A stretch of DNA of 64,000 bases. Origin: Candidatus Bathyarchaeota archaeon. Lineage in GTDB: Archaea; Thermoproteota; Bathyarchaeia; Bathyarchaeales; Bathycorpusculaceae. Both the position numbers and the translations under genes were made by a program. Position 1 is the first letter of the stretch. The number at the start of each line of letters is the position of its first letter. The DNA is taken from the NCBI GenBank assembly GCA_963767735.1, contig CAVYES010000006.1, positions 448,001 to 512,000 of the forward strand, written 5' to 3'. Below are positions 30,299-41,220 of this stretch, piece by piece. The notes beneath the pieces were generated by a model. It searched no databases, was not told the origin of the DNA, and saw nothing but the letters and a program-made list of their open reading frames with translations.

Positions 30299-31358
30299 AA
30301 ATTTTCTTGAAGAAAAAGCACCCTTAATCGACAAAGCAATCGAAAAGTACATACCGCGAAGCTTCACCAAAGATGCGCTACTGTTCAAGGTTAATCCGCC
30401 AATGTACAGCTACAACTTAGAACCCTTAAACAAAACAGTTGCAGAGCCCATCTGGGACATGCTGGACCGTGGCGGAAAAAGGTGGCGTCCAGCGCTTTTT
30501 CTGCTGATTTGCGAAGCCTTAGGTAAAGACTCCGATTACTGTTTAGACTTCTCCATTATCCCCGAAGTCATCCATAACGGAACGCTTGTTATCGATGACA
30601 TTGAAGATTCCTCAAAACTGCGCCGAGGCAAACCATGCACATACAAAATCTTCCAAATGGACATCGCCGTTAACGCTGGAAACGCCATGTATTACCTGCC
30701 GCTTCTTCCGTTAATGGCGCAAAAAGCAAAACTTACACCTGAAATAGAACGTGACATATACGAGGTTTACGTGCAGGAAATGATTAACCTCAGCATGGGG
30801 CAAGCCATGGACATTGCATGGCACAGGGGAATCGCAAACGCTGATAAGTTAGATGAAGAGGATTACCTGCAGATGTGCGCATACAAAACAGGCACCCTTG
30901 CACGTATGTCAGCCAAAATAGCGGCTGTAATGGCAGGCGCCAACAAGCCGCTGGTTGAAAAGCTGGGGCGTTTCGCTGAAAGCATCGGTGTTGCCTTCCA
31001 AATGCAGGATGATATTTTAGATGTAACTGGTGTGGAGTTCGCCAAGAAGAAAGGCGGCTTTGGGCAAGATATTACTGAGGGCAAAAGAAGCTTAATGGTT
31101 ATTTACACGCTGAAAAAGGCAAATAGCAACGACAAGAAACGGCTACTTGAAATTCTCAATATGCACACTTCTGACCAAGCCCTAAGAGATGAAGCAATAG
31201 CTTTGATGCAGAAATACAACGCGGTTGAACATGTTAAGCGTACGGCAGAGCGGATTGTCGAGGAAAGCTGGGGTGAAGCTGAAAAGCTTTTGCCCACGCC
31301 TGAAGCTAAGGAAAAATTAAAACAGTTCGCCGAATTCTTGATTAAAAGAAACAAGTAA
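30288..31358 (+). CDS. Polyprenyl (geranylgeranyl) diphosphate synthase
   Basis: GGKRWRP, DDIED..RRG, FQMQDDILD, DITEGK. Confidence 0.95.
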   Translation: MNIENFLEEKAPLIDKAIEKYIPRSFTKDALLFKVNPPMYSYNLEPLNKTVAEPIWDMLDRGGKRWRPALFLLICEALGKDSDYCLDFSIIPEVIHNGTLVIDDIEDSSKLRRGKPCTYKIFQMDIAVNAGNAMYYLPLLPLMAQKAKLTPEIERDIYEVYVQEMINLSMGQAMDIAWHRGIANADKLDEEDYLQMCAYKTGTLARMSAKIAAVMAGANKPLVEKLGRFAESIGVAFQMQDDILDVTGVEFAKKKGGFGQDITEGKRSLMVIYTLKKANSNDKKRLLEILNMHTSDQALRDEAIALMQKYNAVEHVKRTAERIVEESWGEAEKLLPTPEAKEKLKQFAEFLIKRNK

Positions 31359-31380
31359 AATTTCAGCGAGCGTAAAAAAT

Positions 31381-33132
31381 TTGTCGTTTGAAAATGACAC
31401 TGAACTTAAAGAGCTTATTCGCAAAGCTGCGCTGCTTAATGCGGTTTCGCATGACGGCAAAGCCCAAGCAGGCGCTATGGTGGGCAAAGTTCTTGGTGAA
31501 AGACAAGACCTTCGAACCAAAGCAAAAGAGCTCTCAAGCATAATTAACAAAATCGTAAATGAAGTAAACAGCCTCTCCACGGCAGAGCAGAAAGCGATTG
31601 TGGAGAAAAATTGGCCTGAAACCCAGAAGAAAGAGAAGGCTGAAGAAAAACGTTTATCGCCGTTGCCTAACGCGGATAAGTATTCTCAGATAGTGACACG
31701 GTTCTCTCCTAACCCTGACTGCGTATTGCATTTGGGTTCAGCAAGAGCCATAATCCTTAGCCACGAATACGCCCGTATGTACAACGGCAAATTCATTCTG
31801 CGCTTCGAAGACACGGACCCAAAAATCAAAAGACCCTCACTCGTTTTCTATGATAGTATCAGGCAAGATTTGAAGTGGCTTGGCTGCAAAGTCGACGAAG
31901 AATACATCCAAAGCGACCGATTACCCATTTATTATGAATACACGGAACGGCTAATGCGAGACGGCAACGCCTACGTTTGTGAATGCCCGCCTGAAGAATT
32001 CAGGAAAAAAACCATAGCTCAAGAACCCTGCCCATGCCGAATTCTGTCCGCAGCCGAGAACATGGAGCGCTGGAACCGCATGCTGAGCGGCGGCTACGCT
32101 GAAGGCCAAGCTGTTGTTCGTGTTAAAACTGATTTGGAGAATCCTAATCCTGCAGTCCGAGACTGGCCCGCCCTACGGGTGATTGACACAAAGAAGTATC
32201 CGCACCCACGAGTCGGAAGCAAATACATCGTTTGGCCCCTCTACAATTTAGCGGCTGGCTTGGACGACCATTTGATGGGCATGACACATATCATCCGCGG
32301 AAAAGAGCACTACACCAACATGGTTCGCCAGAAATATATGTATGAGCATTTAGGCTGGACGTACCCTGAAGCCATTCATTACGGGAGACTAAAAATCACA
32401 GGCACTTCCCTTAGCAAATCAAAGATTATTCAAGGCGTAAAAGACTGCATCTACGCAGGCTTTGACGACCCCCGCCTAGGCACATTTGCAGCACTTAGAA
32501 AACGGGGAATCACCCCCGAAGCAATCAAGAAAATGATAATCGATGTAGGAACAAAATCAAACGATGTGACCTTAAGCTGGGAAAACCTGTATTCGTACAA
32601 CCGTAAAATCCTCGACGCCACAAGCAACAGGTACTTCTTCGTTCCTGAGCCAGTAGAACTTAAGGTTTTGCAAGTGCCAAAAACTTTCCTTGCCCGGCTT
32701 CCTTTGCATCCCGAGAAACCAGAGCAAGGTTTCAGAGAATTCAAAATAACTCCAGAATCCTCTGAGAAAGCAGTGAATTTTTGGGTTTCAAAAAAAGATG
32801 CTGAAGCGTTGGAGCCAGAAAAAGTAGTTAGGCTCATGGAGCTTTTCAACGTCAAAGCCGGCAGCAAAACAGGCAACTCGGTGACCGCAACATTTTCAAG
32901 CGAATCTTATGAGGACGTTAGGAAAATTAAAGTTCAGCTTATCCAGTGGATACCAAAAGGCGAGGAGTTCCCTTGCCAAATTGTCATGCCGGGCGCGTCA
33001 GTGACCGAGGGATTTGCTGAAATAGCCTGCAAAAAGTTAAAGCCAGACGATATAATACAGTTTGAACGCTTCGGATTCACACGCATAAACGAAGTAAACC
33101 AAAAACTAATCGCTTATTACGCCCACAAGTAA
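31381..33132 (+). CDS. gltX: Glutamate--tRNA ligase
   Basis: RFSPNP, HLGS, LRFEDTDP, LSKS, QFERFGF. Confidence 0.97.
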   Translation: MSFENDTELKELIRKAALLNAVSHDGKAQAGAMVGKVLGERQDLRTKAKELSSIINKIVNEVNSLSTAEQKAIVEKNWPETQKKEKAEEKRLSPLPNADKYSQIVTRFSPNPDCVLHLGSARAIILSHEYARMYNGKFILRFEDTDPKIKRPSLVFYDSIRQDLKWLGCKVDEEYIQSDRLPIYYEYTERLMRDGNAYVCECPPEEFRKKTIAQEPCPCRILSAAENMERWNRMLSGGYAEGQAVVRVKTDLENPNPAVRDWPALRVIDTKKYPHPRVGSKYIVWPLYNLAAGLDDHLMGMTHIIRGKEHYTNMVRQKYMYEHLGWTYPEAIHYGRLKITGTSLSKSKIIQGVKDCIYAGFDDPRLGTFAALRKRGITPEAIKKMIIDVGTKSNDVTLSWENLYSYNRKILDATSNRYFFVPEPVELKVLQVPKTFLARLPLHPEKPEQGFREFKITPESSEKAVNFWVSKKDAEALEPEKVVRLMELFNVKAGSKTGNSVTATFSSESYEDVRKIKVQLIQWIPKGEEFPCQIVMPGASVTEGFAEIACKKLKPDDIIQFERFGFTRINEVNQKLIAYYAHK

Positions 33133-33145
33133 GAGATGAACCAAC

Positions 33146-33448
33146 ATGAGAAAACTCGATAAAGCAATAATTTGGCCAATCTACTTCGACGCTTCAAAAT
33201 CAAGAAGAAAAGGACGTCGGGTCCCAAAAAACTTGGCCGTGCAATCCCCAAAAATTGCCGAGCTCAAAGAAGCAGTTGACAAATTAGGTTTAAAAAACGA
33301 AGTTAACCTTGAAGCTCATTTTCCCAAGAATCATTGGGCAAAGACTGGAATGTTGCTTGTCGAAAAGAAAGAAGCAAAAGAAAAGATAATACAGAAAATT
33401 GCTAAACAACTAGTGAAGATTAAAGCCGCAACTGCAAAACCGCAGTAA
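33146..33448 (+). CDS. srp19: Signal recognition particle protein SRP19
   Basis: IWPIYFD..SRRKGRRVPK. Confidence 0.95.
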   Translation: MRKLDKAIIWPIYFDASKSRRKGRRVPKNLAVQSPKIAELKEAVDKLGLKNEVNLEAHFPKNHWAKTGMLLVEKKEAKEKIIQKIAKQLVKIKAATAKPQ

Positions 33449-33451
33449 AGT

Positions 33452-33847
33452 TTAGCTTTTCTCTTTAGTAGCCATCAAGACAGCGTTAATTATGCCGTCG
33501 GTGCCTGGCCTGCTGGTAACTTTTGCGAGCCCCAATGCGGTTTCTATTTCTGCGCCTTTAGTTATTACGCCTCTTCGGTTATAATCAACGTTAGCGCCGT
33601 TTCTGACCACTCGGGTGATTTCGGTTTTTTGTGTTTTACCGCTTTTAGGATCCGTTACCGAAGCAAATTTGTCACTTAAAGCTTTGATTTTTATGTTGCC
33701 GCCTAAACCTCTGGAAGTTTTCCTTCTGGGTTCACCGAGGGTTGTTTCTGCAGGGTATCCGCCTTGCTCATACTTTTTCTTTGATCTGTACGCTCTTTTT
33801 TTGCCGCCTGTAAGTTTTCTTTTGCGTAAACTGCTATGCCAAGACAT
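33452..33847 (-). CDS. rps8e: 30S ribosomal protein S8e
   Basis: RKLTGG, RRGVITKGA, VTSRPGTDGIINAV. Confidence 0.97.
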   Translation of the reverse strand: MSWHSSLRKRKLTGGKKRAYRSKKKYEQGGYPAETTLGEPRRKTSRGLGGNIKIKALSDKFASVTDPKSGKTQKTEITRVVRNGANVDYNRRGVITKGAEIETALGLAKVTSRPGTDGIINAVLMATKEKS

Positions 33848-34051
33848 AATCTACATTTCCCTTTTACGATGTTTAATTCGAGTAGTCAGTAAAACCGTTA
33901 ATTTCCATATAAACATATCCGTTTCAAGCTTGTTCTTCATTAGTAAAATGTTCCTTTCTTATACCTTTATCAATCAGTTTTCTTTGGGGTAAGTATCAAA
34001 GTGACCGGCAAGTTTTATTAGACTGTTGTGGGATATTTATGTGGGAAAAAT

Positions 34052-34315
34052 ATGTCAACATCAAGGGTCGATCAAAGACATAGAATAGTTATCGATAAAA
34101 AAACTAGAACAAAAATCCACATTCAAGCAGGAGACATAGTAGTCATTGAACCGCTTGATGATCACAGTTTTAAAGTCAACGTTTTAGACTTCGCATCTGA
34201 GAAGCTTGAGGACGACCCAGCATGGCAGGCGATTCATAAACCCGCTAAACTTAGAAAGTACATTCCTCCAGAAAAACTCGAAAAGATGATGGAAGAAGAG
34301 ATTTGGCAAGAATAA
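34052..34315 (+). CDS. AbrB/MazE-like antitoxin (VapB)
   Basis: VDQRHRIVI..IHIQAGD; overlaps the PIN gene. Confidence 0.85.
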   Translation: MSTSRVDQRHRIVIDKKTRTKIHIQAGDIVVIEPLDDHSFKVNVLDFASEKLEDDPAWQAIHKPAKLRKYIPPEKLEKMMEEEIWQE

Positions 34316-34761
34316 GCATTGTAGAATCGAAACCTCTTGCGATAGTTGACTCAAACGTAATAGTCTATGCAATGATTAAGGATTACCCGGACAAGATGCG
34401 ACACGAAAAATGTCTCGCTCTTTTAGATAGAGGCCTCAGAGGAGACTTAAACTATATTTTAACGGTTAATCCAATAATTGTAGTTGAGGTTTTTTCAGTT
34501 CTAAAAAAGCTCTTAAACCTCGCTGAAGCGGAATTCAGAATAAGTGCTCTTCTTCGATCAAGACGACTCGGATTCTTATCAATCTCAAAAGAAAATTGCC
34601 AAAACTCTGTGCAATGGGCAAAAGAAAAGAATATACCAGTAAATGACGCCTTAATAGCTGCAAGCATGATTGAACACGCCCAACTGGTATACACAATTGA
34701 CGAAGAACATTTCAAAAAACTCGAAGAATACAACGTCAAAATCTTCAACCCAACAACATAA
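34303..34761 (+). CDS. vapC: PIN-domain VapC toxin
   Basis: IVDSNVI, VVEV, NDALIAA, YTIDEEHF. Confidence 0.9.
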   Translation: MARISIVESKPLAIVDSNVIVYAMIKDYPDKMRHEKCLALLDRGLRGDLNYILTVNPIIVVEVFSVLKKLLNLAEAEFRISALLRSRRLGFLSISKENCQNSVQWAKEKNIPVNDALIAASMIEHAQLVYTIDEEHFKKLEEYNVKIFNPTT

Positions 34762-34869
34762 ATCTTTGGAAAGAAATGGCGCAAGTGGCAATAGGAATAC
34801 ATCGATCTCGAGTCATTCTTTTGACGAAAATCAATAAGGCTTTAACGCGATTTGGTCGCTTCTTCCAAT

Positions 34870-35469
34870 CTATGTTTCTTGGAAGTCTTTCAGTGCGTCG
34901 CCGAAAATGTGTTTGAAGTCTTTCTTCATCATGGTTATGTCGTGTGTTAATCCGAAGTAATCTGCGAAATAGTCAGTGGTTTTTAAAGCCGTTGAACGGC
35001 CGCTTCTTTCAGCCACAATTAACCCCATGTCCTTGAGCAGCTTCACGTGGCCATAAGCGTGTTGTCCCCTGACATCAATCACGCGTTTCTGAGAAACAGG
35101 CTGCCGGTAGGCAATGTAGGAGAGCGTTTTGAGAGGCCCAGAAGACAGCAGAGGTCTGTTTACAAGTTTCTTAATCAATGGCGTAAAGTCTGCTTTCACC
35201 TGCAAAACGTAACGTTCATCTTTCAACGCTAAAATTTCAAGCGCCGTGTTCCTTGCCACATATTCTTGTCTCAGAGTGTCTGCGTATTTTTGAGCTTTCT
35301 TCTTAGAGTGGCTGCCTATAACTTGGCATAACTCGTTAAGGTCTAATGGGCGACCAGCCACGAACAACGCAGCCTCGAGCAAAGCTAAGCAATGAGCTTT
35401 CCGTTCGGCATCCTGCGCTTGCTCTACATCAGGGTTTGAATTAACTGTCTGTTCCTTTGGCTTTTCCAA
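34870..35469 (-). CDS. scpB: Condensin subunit ScpB
   Basis: LEAALF, LKTLSYIAYRQPV, VRG, TTDYFADYFG; likely TTG start at 35469. Confidence 0.93.
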   Translation of the reverse strand: MEKPKEQTVNSNPDVEQAQDAERKAHCLALLEAALFVAGRPLDLNELCQVIGSHSKKKAQKYADTLRQEYVARNTALEILALKDERYVLQVKADFTPLIKKLVNRPLLSSGPLKTLSYIAYRQPVSQKRVIDVRGQHAYGHVKLLKDMGLIVAERSGRSTALKTTDYFADYFGLTHDITMMKKDFKHIFGDALKDFQET

Positions 35470-36148
35470 TATTGAGTTTCCCCACGGCAATGTATAGTTC
35501 TTCTGTTTCTTCATTCTGCCATAAACTTACTTTGCCATCCTGTGCTAAAAACAAGAGATAAATAAACATTCTTAAGGCTTCGATTCTAGTTGCGTCTTTC
35601 GATAAGGTTGAGAAATCGATTATGCCTGCACCCTTCACTTTCTCGCATAAAATGGCATATAATTTGTCAATTTGCAACTCTAGTTCAGCTACAAACTTGT
35701 CAAACTGCGGCATCAAATCTGTAACCGCTGGAAGAATAGGATGCTGCTCCATTGTATGGTCCAAACGAAGTAGTTTTTCGCCCTTCAACACGTCGTCTAA
35801 GACTTCAAGTAAATGCTGAATAGTTGTAGAGGTTAACTCATGGCGCAAAGGTAAGAACAAGGGCGGAGGAACAAAATCTTGAGGTCCCTTAGCCGGCAGA
35901 GCAGGTGGTTCCTGCAGAGAAAGCAACAGTTTAGACTTCATCAAGTAAATCAAGGCCGAAGAATCCAATGCGACTCCTGAGGCTCGGAAATCAACCTTTT
36001 CTGTTCGCTCCATCTCAGTGAGAAACGACCGCAATAGGTAAGCTATGTTAACGTTCCATGGAGTAAGCTTTTCAAGCTTGCTTACTTCAAACAGTATGTT
36101 CCAAGGAGGACGAAGGTAAAAGGGTTTTCTGAGTGGCGTGGTTGACGT
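35441..36148 (-). CDS. scpA: Kleisin ScpA (apparent ACG start at 36148)
   Basis: PWNVNIAYLL lies upstream of the first TTG; DFRASG..LMKSKLL; FIYLLFLAQDGKVSLWQ; sits between smc and scpB. Confidence 0.88.
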   Translation of the reverse strand, partial: TSTTPLRKPFYLRPPWNILFEVSKLEKLTPWNVNIAYLLRSFLTEMERTEKVDFRASGVALDSSALIYLMKSKLLLSLQEPPALPAKGPQDFVPPPLFLPLRHELTSTTIQHLLEVLDDVLKGEKLLRLDHTMEQHPILPAVTDLMPQFDKFVAELELQIDKLYAILCEKVKGAGIIDFSTLSKDATRIEALRMFIYLLFLAQDGKVSLWQNEETEELYIAVGKLNIGKAKGTDS

Positions 36149-39100
36149 TAGCGTGGTGCCTCCGGTGGAAACTTTGCTGTGACAACGTTTGAGACTCCGT
36201 TGCGTTCGTAGACTCCGTAGACTTTTTGTGCTTTGTTAACCATTTCAGGACGCAGGCTGATCACTATGAACTGCATTTTTGCTGCTTCTTCGAGGAGTAC
36301 TTCGGCAAGTTTGGTTGTGTGGTAAGCATCTAAGTGTGCATCAACTTCGTCTAGGATGAAGAAGGATGCTGGCGTGAATTCTTTTAGTGAGAATATGAAG
36401 CTGACTGCTGAAACTGAACGTTCACCGCCGCTTGCTCCGCTTACAACGATTGAGGGCTTGTTTGGGAACTGTACAATCATGTCTATGCCGCCGGTGAAAG
36501 GTTCTTCGGGGTTTTCAAGTTTAAGCGTGGCTTCTCCGCCGCCGGTGAGTTTGGAGAAGTATTGTTTGAGGCTGGTGTTGATTTTTTCGAAGGCGCTCAT
36601 GAAGACTTTGCGTTTTTTTGCTTCGATTTCATCCATGAACTGTACGATGGCTTGTTTTTCTTTTTCTAACTCGTTTAAGCGTACTGATAATTCTTTATAG
36701 CGGGACAGTTGGTCGGAATAGTGTGAAAGCGCAAGTTGGTTTATGGCGCCTATTCTTTCCATTTCAAACTGCATCATGCGGATAGTTATTTCGGCTTCCT
36801 CAACCTGTTTCTGATTTGTTTCTAAAGGTTGTTCGTAGCCGAATTGGCGAAGTTGCGATTGGAGTTGCTGGAGACGAAGCTGGCTAGTTTCCATGTTTAG
36901 CTGCAGCTGATTTAGCAGCTTATCTGCCTGTTCATATTCAAAATCAAGCGACCGCAGTTCGGAGTCAATGGCATCTATTTGTGATGTGAATTTTTTGGAT
37001 TCTTCCCGTGCAGAAAAAACAGCTTTTGAAAGCTCAACACGGCTTTTCTCGAATTCTTCGATTCCTTTCTTTAATGACTCGCGTTCTTGAAGTGCGTCTG
37101 CAACTTCTTTCTCAAGCTTTCTTTGTTGCTGTTCAACTTTGACTATCTGTATTTTGATGTTCTTGTATCCATTCCTTAGAACTCTGTCGAATTGTGACTG
37201 ATATGTTGAAATTTCCGTTTGAGTGGACCCTGAGTTTTGGCGGAGCTTGTTTAGTTCTTCTCCCAGTTTTTCCCGTTGCACTTCGAGCTCTTGAATGTGC
37301 GACACATCAGTTTTCAGTCTTAAAGTGGCGATGTCTGCTTGCAATTTTTGGTCTGTTCTCCTGATAGAATTTCGCTCATTCATGTACATGCTCATGCGGC
37401 CTTTGTATGCTGCTGCTTCACGTTCAAGTTTGCCGCCGTATTTTTCCGTATGACGAATGTTGAATTGTGTCCTTTTAACGCTCCGTTTGATGCGCACCAG
37501 TTCCCTGTCCAACGTGGCGATAGATTCTTCAAGCCGTGTCATTTCGATTTTGCTTCGGCTGATTTCTTCTTCGATGCCCGTAATGTCTGTTCCTCGTTGA
37601 GTGAGATGCGTCTGGAGAGCTTTTACTGCTTCATCTAAACTTTTTAATGCATTTTCGCTTGGAATAATTGTTGAGAAATCTATTGGGGCACGGTAATAGC
37701 CGCTTTCAAAAGCGCCGGGTTCGTACAAGTCTCCGTTCACTGTGACTGCTCGGTAGCCTTCATTTGAAAGCGCAAAAGCTACTCTATCGTTAGATACTAC
37801 CACTGTGTCTCCGAAAACATAGTTTACGGCCAGTTCATAGTTGCTGTCAAATTTCATGAAGCTTGAAAGGGCACCTACTACGCCGTCTCGGCTGGGTGTC
37901 CCCTTGTTTTTAACGTTGATAGCTCCCTGCAACGGAATAATTTTTATTCTGCCCAGTTTCATTCGTCTTAGCGTTTCAGTACATGTGAAGGCTGAATCGA
38001 TATTTGCCACCACTAAAGCGTCAAGCCAACCTGTCGCCGCTGCTTCGATAGCTTTCTTATAGTTTTTGTCTATTTTTATCAGGTTCCGTAGCCTGCCGTG
38101 GATTCCAGTTATCGCGCCAACGTTGCCCATTTCTTCTATGCTTCTTAGGGCTTTTTCTTCAGCAGCTATAGTTGCCGCAAGGTCTCTTTGAGTAGCAAAC
38201 TCTATCACGGCGTCTTTGGCGGAGCTGGCTATTTTTTCTGCGTCAGTGATTTCTTTTTCAACGGTTTCTTTTTGGAGTTTTTTACGCTCGATTGTGTGTT
38301 CAAAGTTTTTAAGCGAGTTTTTCTGGTCCTTCTGAACCTGCTCCAGCTCGCCTAATGATTTTTCGATTTCAGTTAGGCTTGTTTGGAATTTTTCTTTTCT
38401 CACGTTTAAGTTTTTGAGTCTTCCACTGCATAGGCGAAGGGCTGATTTGTCTTTGGTGTATTCTGAGCGTAAATACGCCAGCCGTTTAACGTGGTTTTCG
38501 ATTTCTGATTGCTTTACCCGTATTTGCTGGTTGTTATCGCCAAGCCCTTCCCAAAGTTGCGCGGTTTCTTTTGCAGCTGTATCATGCTCCATTTCTTTTT
38601 GAGTTATTTGGTCTTTGGTTTTCACGTATTCACTGCGGAAGGCTCGGATTTTCAGTCGGTTTTCCCGTATCTCCTTCCTAATATTTTCTTGTTGAAGAAG
38701 GTTGTTTTCTCCTACGCGTTTTAAGCTTTCAAGGCTGCCTTGTCCAGAATTAATTTTGCTGTTTAACTCGGTAAGTTTAGATTTTAATTCACCAATCGTT
38801 ATTTGAACCTTAAGAACTTCTGAACCGCCTTGTTCAAGGTTTTCGCCGCTGAGTTTTCGCCAATCAGACTCGATTCCATGGCGTTTAGACCTGCGCAGGT
38901 CACGTTGTTCTTTTAATTTGTCAACTCTGACTTTGACTTTTTCAGTTTGGCTGGTTGCTTCATTTATTCTCGCGTTTAATTGCGTTATGTCGCTTGATAG
39001 TTTGATTGCTTGGAACTTTTTCGTCTCACTCTGAATGAAGTTGTAACGTAAAAGTTGGTTTCGTTCGCGTTCTAAATCGTCGAGGCGTTTTTGCACTTCA

Positions 39101-39699
39101 TCTATTCTGCCCATGGCTGTGCGGATTGAAATGTCGGCAGCGCGAAGTTTTTCTTCCGCATCCGCCTTCTCCGCGTCATACTGACCTATTCCAACGAGGT
39201 CTTCAATGATTCTTCGGCGTTCAATCGGGTTAATCTCCGTTAATCGGGTTAAGGTGCCTTGAGGGATAATGTTTTGGCTGATGCTGCTGATTGAACTCAT
39301 GGACAGGGTTTCTGTAATGTACGTTCTTGACATTCTTCTGCCGTTTAATCGGTAAACGCTTTGGCCGTTTTTAAAAACTTCACGTGAAATCGTAACGGTA
39401 GTTGTATCAACAGGCATTGTGCCATCCGAATTATCAAATTGAATGACAACCTTCGCCATTTTGGCTTTTTCTTCCCCAGCTTTCCCAGCGCCATGAAAGA
39501 TCAGTTGAGCCGCATTTTCAGCGCGGAGCCTTCTTGTACTCAATTCCCCAAGCGAGAAAAGCACTGCATCCATTATGTTGGATTTTCCGCTGCCGTTGGG
39601 ACCAGTTAAAGCTGTGAAGCCCTTGTCCAAGTTTATTTTGACAGTCTGTGGCCCAAAAGACTTAAAGCCTTTTAACTCAATTTTTTTTATGTAGGGCAT
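36148..39699 (-). CDS. smc: Chromosome segregation protein SMC
   Basis: GFKSF, GPNGSGKSN, coiled coils with hinge, SGGE, LDEVDAHLD. Confidence 0.98.
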   Translation of the reverse strand: MPYIKKIELKGFKSFGPQTVKINLDKGFTALTGPNGSGKSNIMDAVLFSLGELSTRRLRAENAAQLIFHGAGKAGEEKAKMAKVVIQFDNSDGTMPVDTTTVTISREVFKNGQSVYRLNGRRMSRTYITETLSMSSISSISQNIIPQGTLTRLTEINPIERRRIIEDLVGIGQYDAEKADAEEKLRAADISIRTAMGRIDEVQKRLDDLERERNQLLRYNFIQSETKKFQAIKLSSDITQLNARINEATSQTEKVKVRVDKLKEQRDLRRSKRHGIESDWRKLSGENLEQGGSEVLKVQITIGELKSKLTELNSKINSGQGSLESLKRVGENNLLQQENIRKEIRENRLKIRAFRSEYVKTKDQITQKEMEHDTAAKETAQLWEGLGDNNQQIRVKQSEIENHVKRLAYLRSEYTKDKSALRLCSGRLKNLNVRKEKFQTSLTEIEKSLGELEQVQKDQKNSLKNFEHTIERKKLQKETVEKEITDAEKIASSAKDAVIEFATQRDLAATIAAEEKALRSIEEMGNVGAITGIHGRLRNLIKIDKNYKKAIEAAATGWLDALVVANIDSAFTCTETLRRMKLGRIKIIPLQGAINVKNKGTPSRDGVVGALSSFMKFDSNYELAVNYVFGDTVVVSNDRVAFALSNEGYRAVTVNGDLYEPGAFESGYYRAPIDFSTIIPSENALKSLDEAVKALQTHLTQRGTDITGIEEEISRSKIEMTRLEESIATLDRELVRIKRSVKRTQFNIRHTEKYGGKLEREAAAYKGRMSMYMNERNSIRRTDQKLQADIATLRLKTDVSHIQELEVQREKLGEELNKLRQNSGSTQTEISTYQSQFDRVLRNGYKNIKIQIVKVEQQQRKLEKEVADALQERESLKKGIEEFEKSRVELSKAVFSAREESKKFTSQIDAIDSELRSLDFEYEQADKLLNQLQLNMETSQLRLQQLQSQLRQFGYEQPLETNQKQVEEAEITIRMMQFEMERIGAINQLALSHYSDQLSRYKELSVRLNELEKEKQAIVQFMDEIEAKKRKVFMSAFEKINTSLKQYFSKLTGGGEATLKLENPEEPFTGGIDMIVQFPNKPSIVVSGASGGERSVSAVSFIFSLKEFTPASFFILDEVDAHLDAYHTTKLAEVLLEEAAKMQFIVISLRPEMVNKAQKVYGVYERNGVSNVVTAKFPPEAPR

Positions 39700-40065
39700 T
39701 TAGTCTTTACCCTCGCGGCAGCATTGTACATTATTTTAACATCTCATCATCATACGTATAAAAGCTTATTTCAATGCTTCTACATTTACACCTTCCGAAG
39801 AATCCTCTGGTTTTCAAGAAAACAGTGATTCTTTTCATTTTTTTCTTGGTTCAGAATCCGAGTGATTTTAATCGCTGAACCTGGCAAGATGTTATCTTGT
39901 TTCCTAAAAATTACTGTCCGTGTGGAGTCTTCAATTTGAGAAAAGGGCTAAGGGAGGCTTGTCTCTAACTTGTTTCGATTTTGAAGTGCTCCCTGTTTTA
40001 CCGCTAATAATAAAAGATAATAATGATAGGGTTTAAACCAAGCCGAAATTAGCTGCGATTACCAG

Positions 40066-40985
40066 ATGTTGAATCGTCCATACTCAAGAAAGATGCTTTT
40101 TTCAGTGTTAATAGCGGTTTTACTGGTCATCAATTTTTGCACTCTTGTGCTGGCGTATCCTCAAACTTTTAAGCTTGACGGAGGCGGCACTTTAGCAAAA
40201 GATTTTTCGGCGTACTACATAGGCTCTTGGAGGCTGCTGCATGACCCTGCTAAAGTTTACACCCGTGGAACAGTAAATGACGGAGAATACCAGGTTACCC
40301 TCAAACGCAAGCTTACAAATACTTGCCTAGCTTTCTTGTATTGCTCTTTCCTCTTTTGCCCCTGAGTTATCACGATGCCCTCATCGCCTTCGACATCTTC
40401 CAATTCATGCTTCTGCCCCTGATGGCTTTTCTGCTATACAGTTTGCTCGGTAAGAAAAGCCTTGCCGTAACATTAGCGGTTGCAGTGATCGTTTTCATCC
40501 CCCTTCCTCTACCCCACTGGGGACCCATCGCTACATACTATTGGCAGTGGGCTGAGGGGCAGGCAAAGGTTTTTGAAACTTTCCTTTTTCTTCTGGCTTT
40601 TTATTTGGGTACCCGTGGGAAACCTTACCTTTCCGCAGTTGCATATGGTTTTGCGGCCTTCGACCCCAGATTTGCATTACTGGCGCTGCCGCTTTTCTTA
40701 TTCTACAACAAAAGCAACCTTCGGACTGCGGTTGGAGCCGGAGTGGGAGTGATGCTTTTATCAAATTTCTGGTTGTTTTACCCTCCCACAGGCGCAGGAT
40801 TCATTAACATGATTTTCACGGATGGCGTGAATACGGCATTATACGCCTACGCCTATATTCCACTATTAACGCTGGCAGCTTTGATAGTTGTTAACGCTAA
40901 GGAAATGGCTCAAGCTGTTTCTCATTTCGTCACAAAGTTGAAGGGAAAAGTCAATTCCCATAGGGCTCTTATAAAAAGTGCTTGA
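40066..40985 (+). CDS. GT87/DUF2029-like polytopic glycosyltransferase (1-nt deletion near 40295)
   Basis: DFSAYY, YKYLPS, GQ motifs, many TMs; two frames join at V-Y-P-Q. Confidence 0.65.
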
Positions 40986-41220
40986 GTAAAGCTACTGCTG
41001 TTGTTACAACAATAAGAATCGCTATTCTTTTTTGTCTGAAACCCCATCTACCTACTCTCCCTTATTCAATTCTGCTTTCGCTTTGAACATTAAACTGCCT
41101 CTACATATTTTGCCGATGCTTAGCCTATTCAGTCACCTCAGGGGGTGCTATCTGCTTTCTTTCGGGGATTATAAATAACTCCGGCAATGAACAACACTAT
41201 TCCAACTGCGGGTAAGATGA

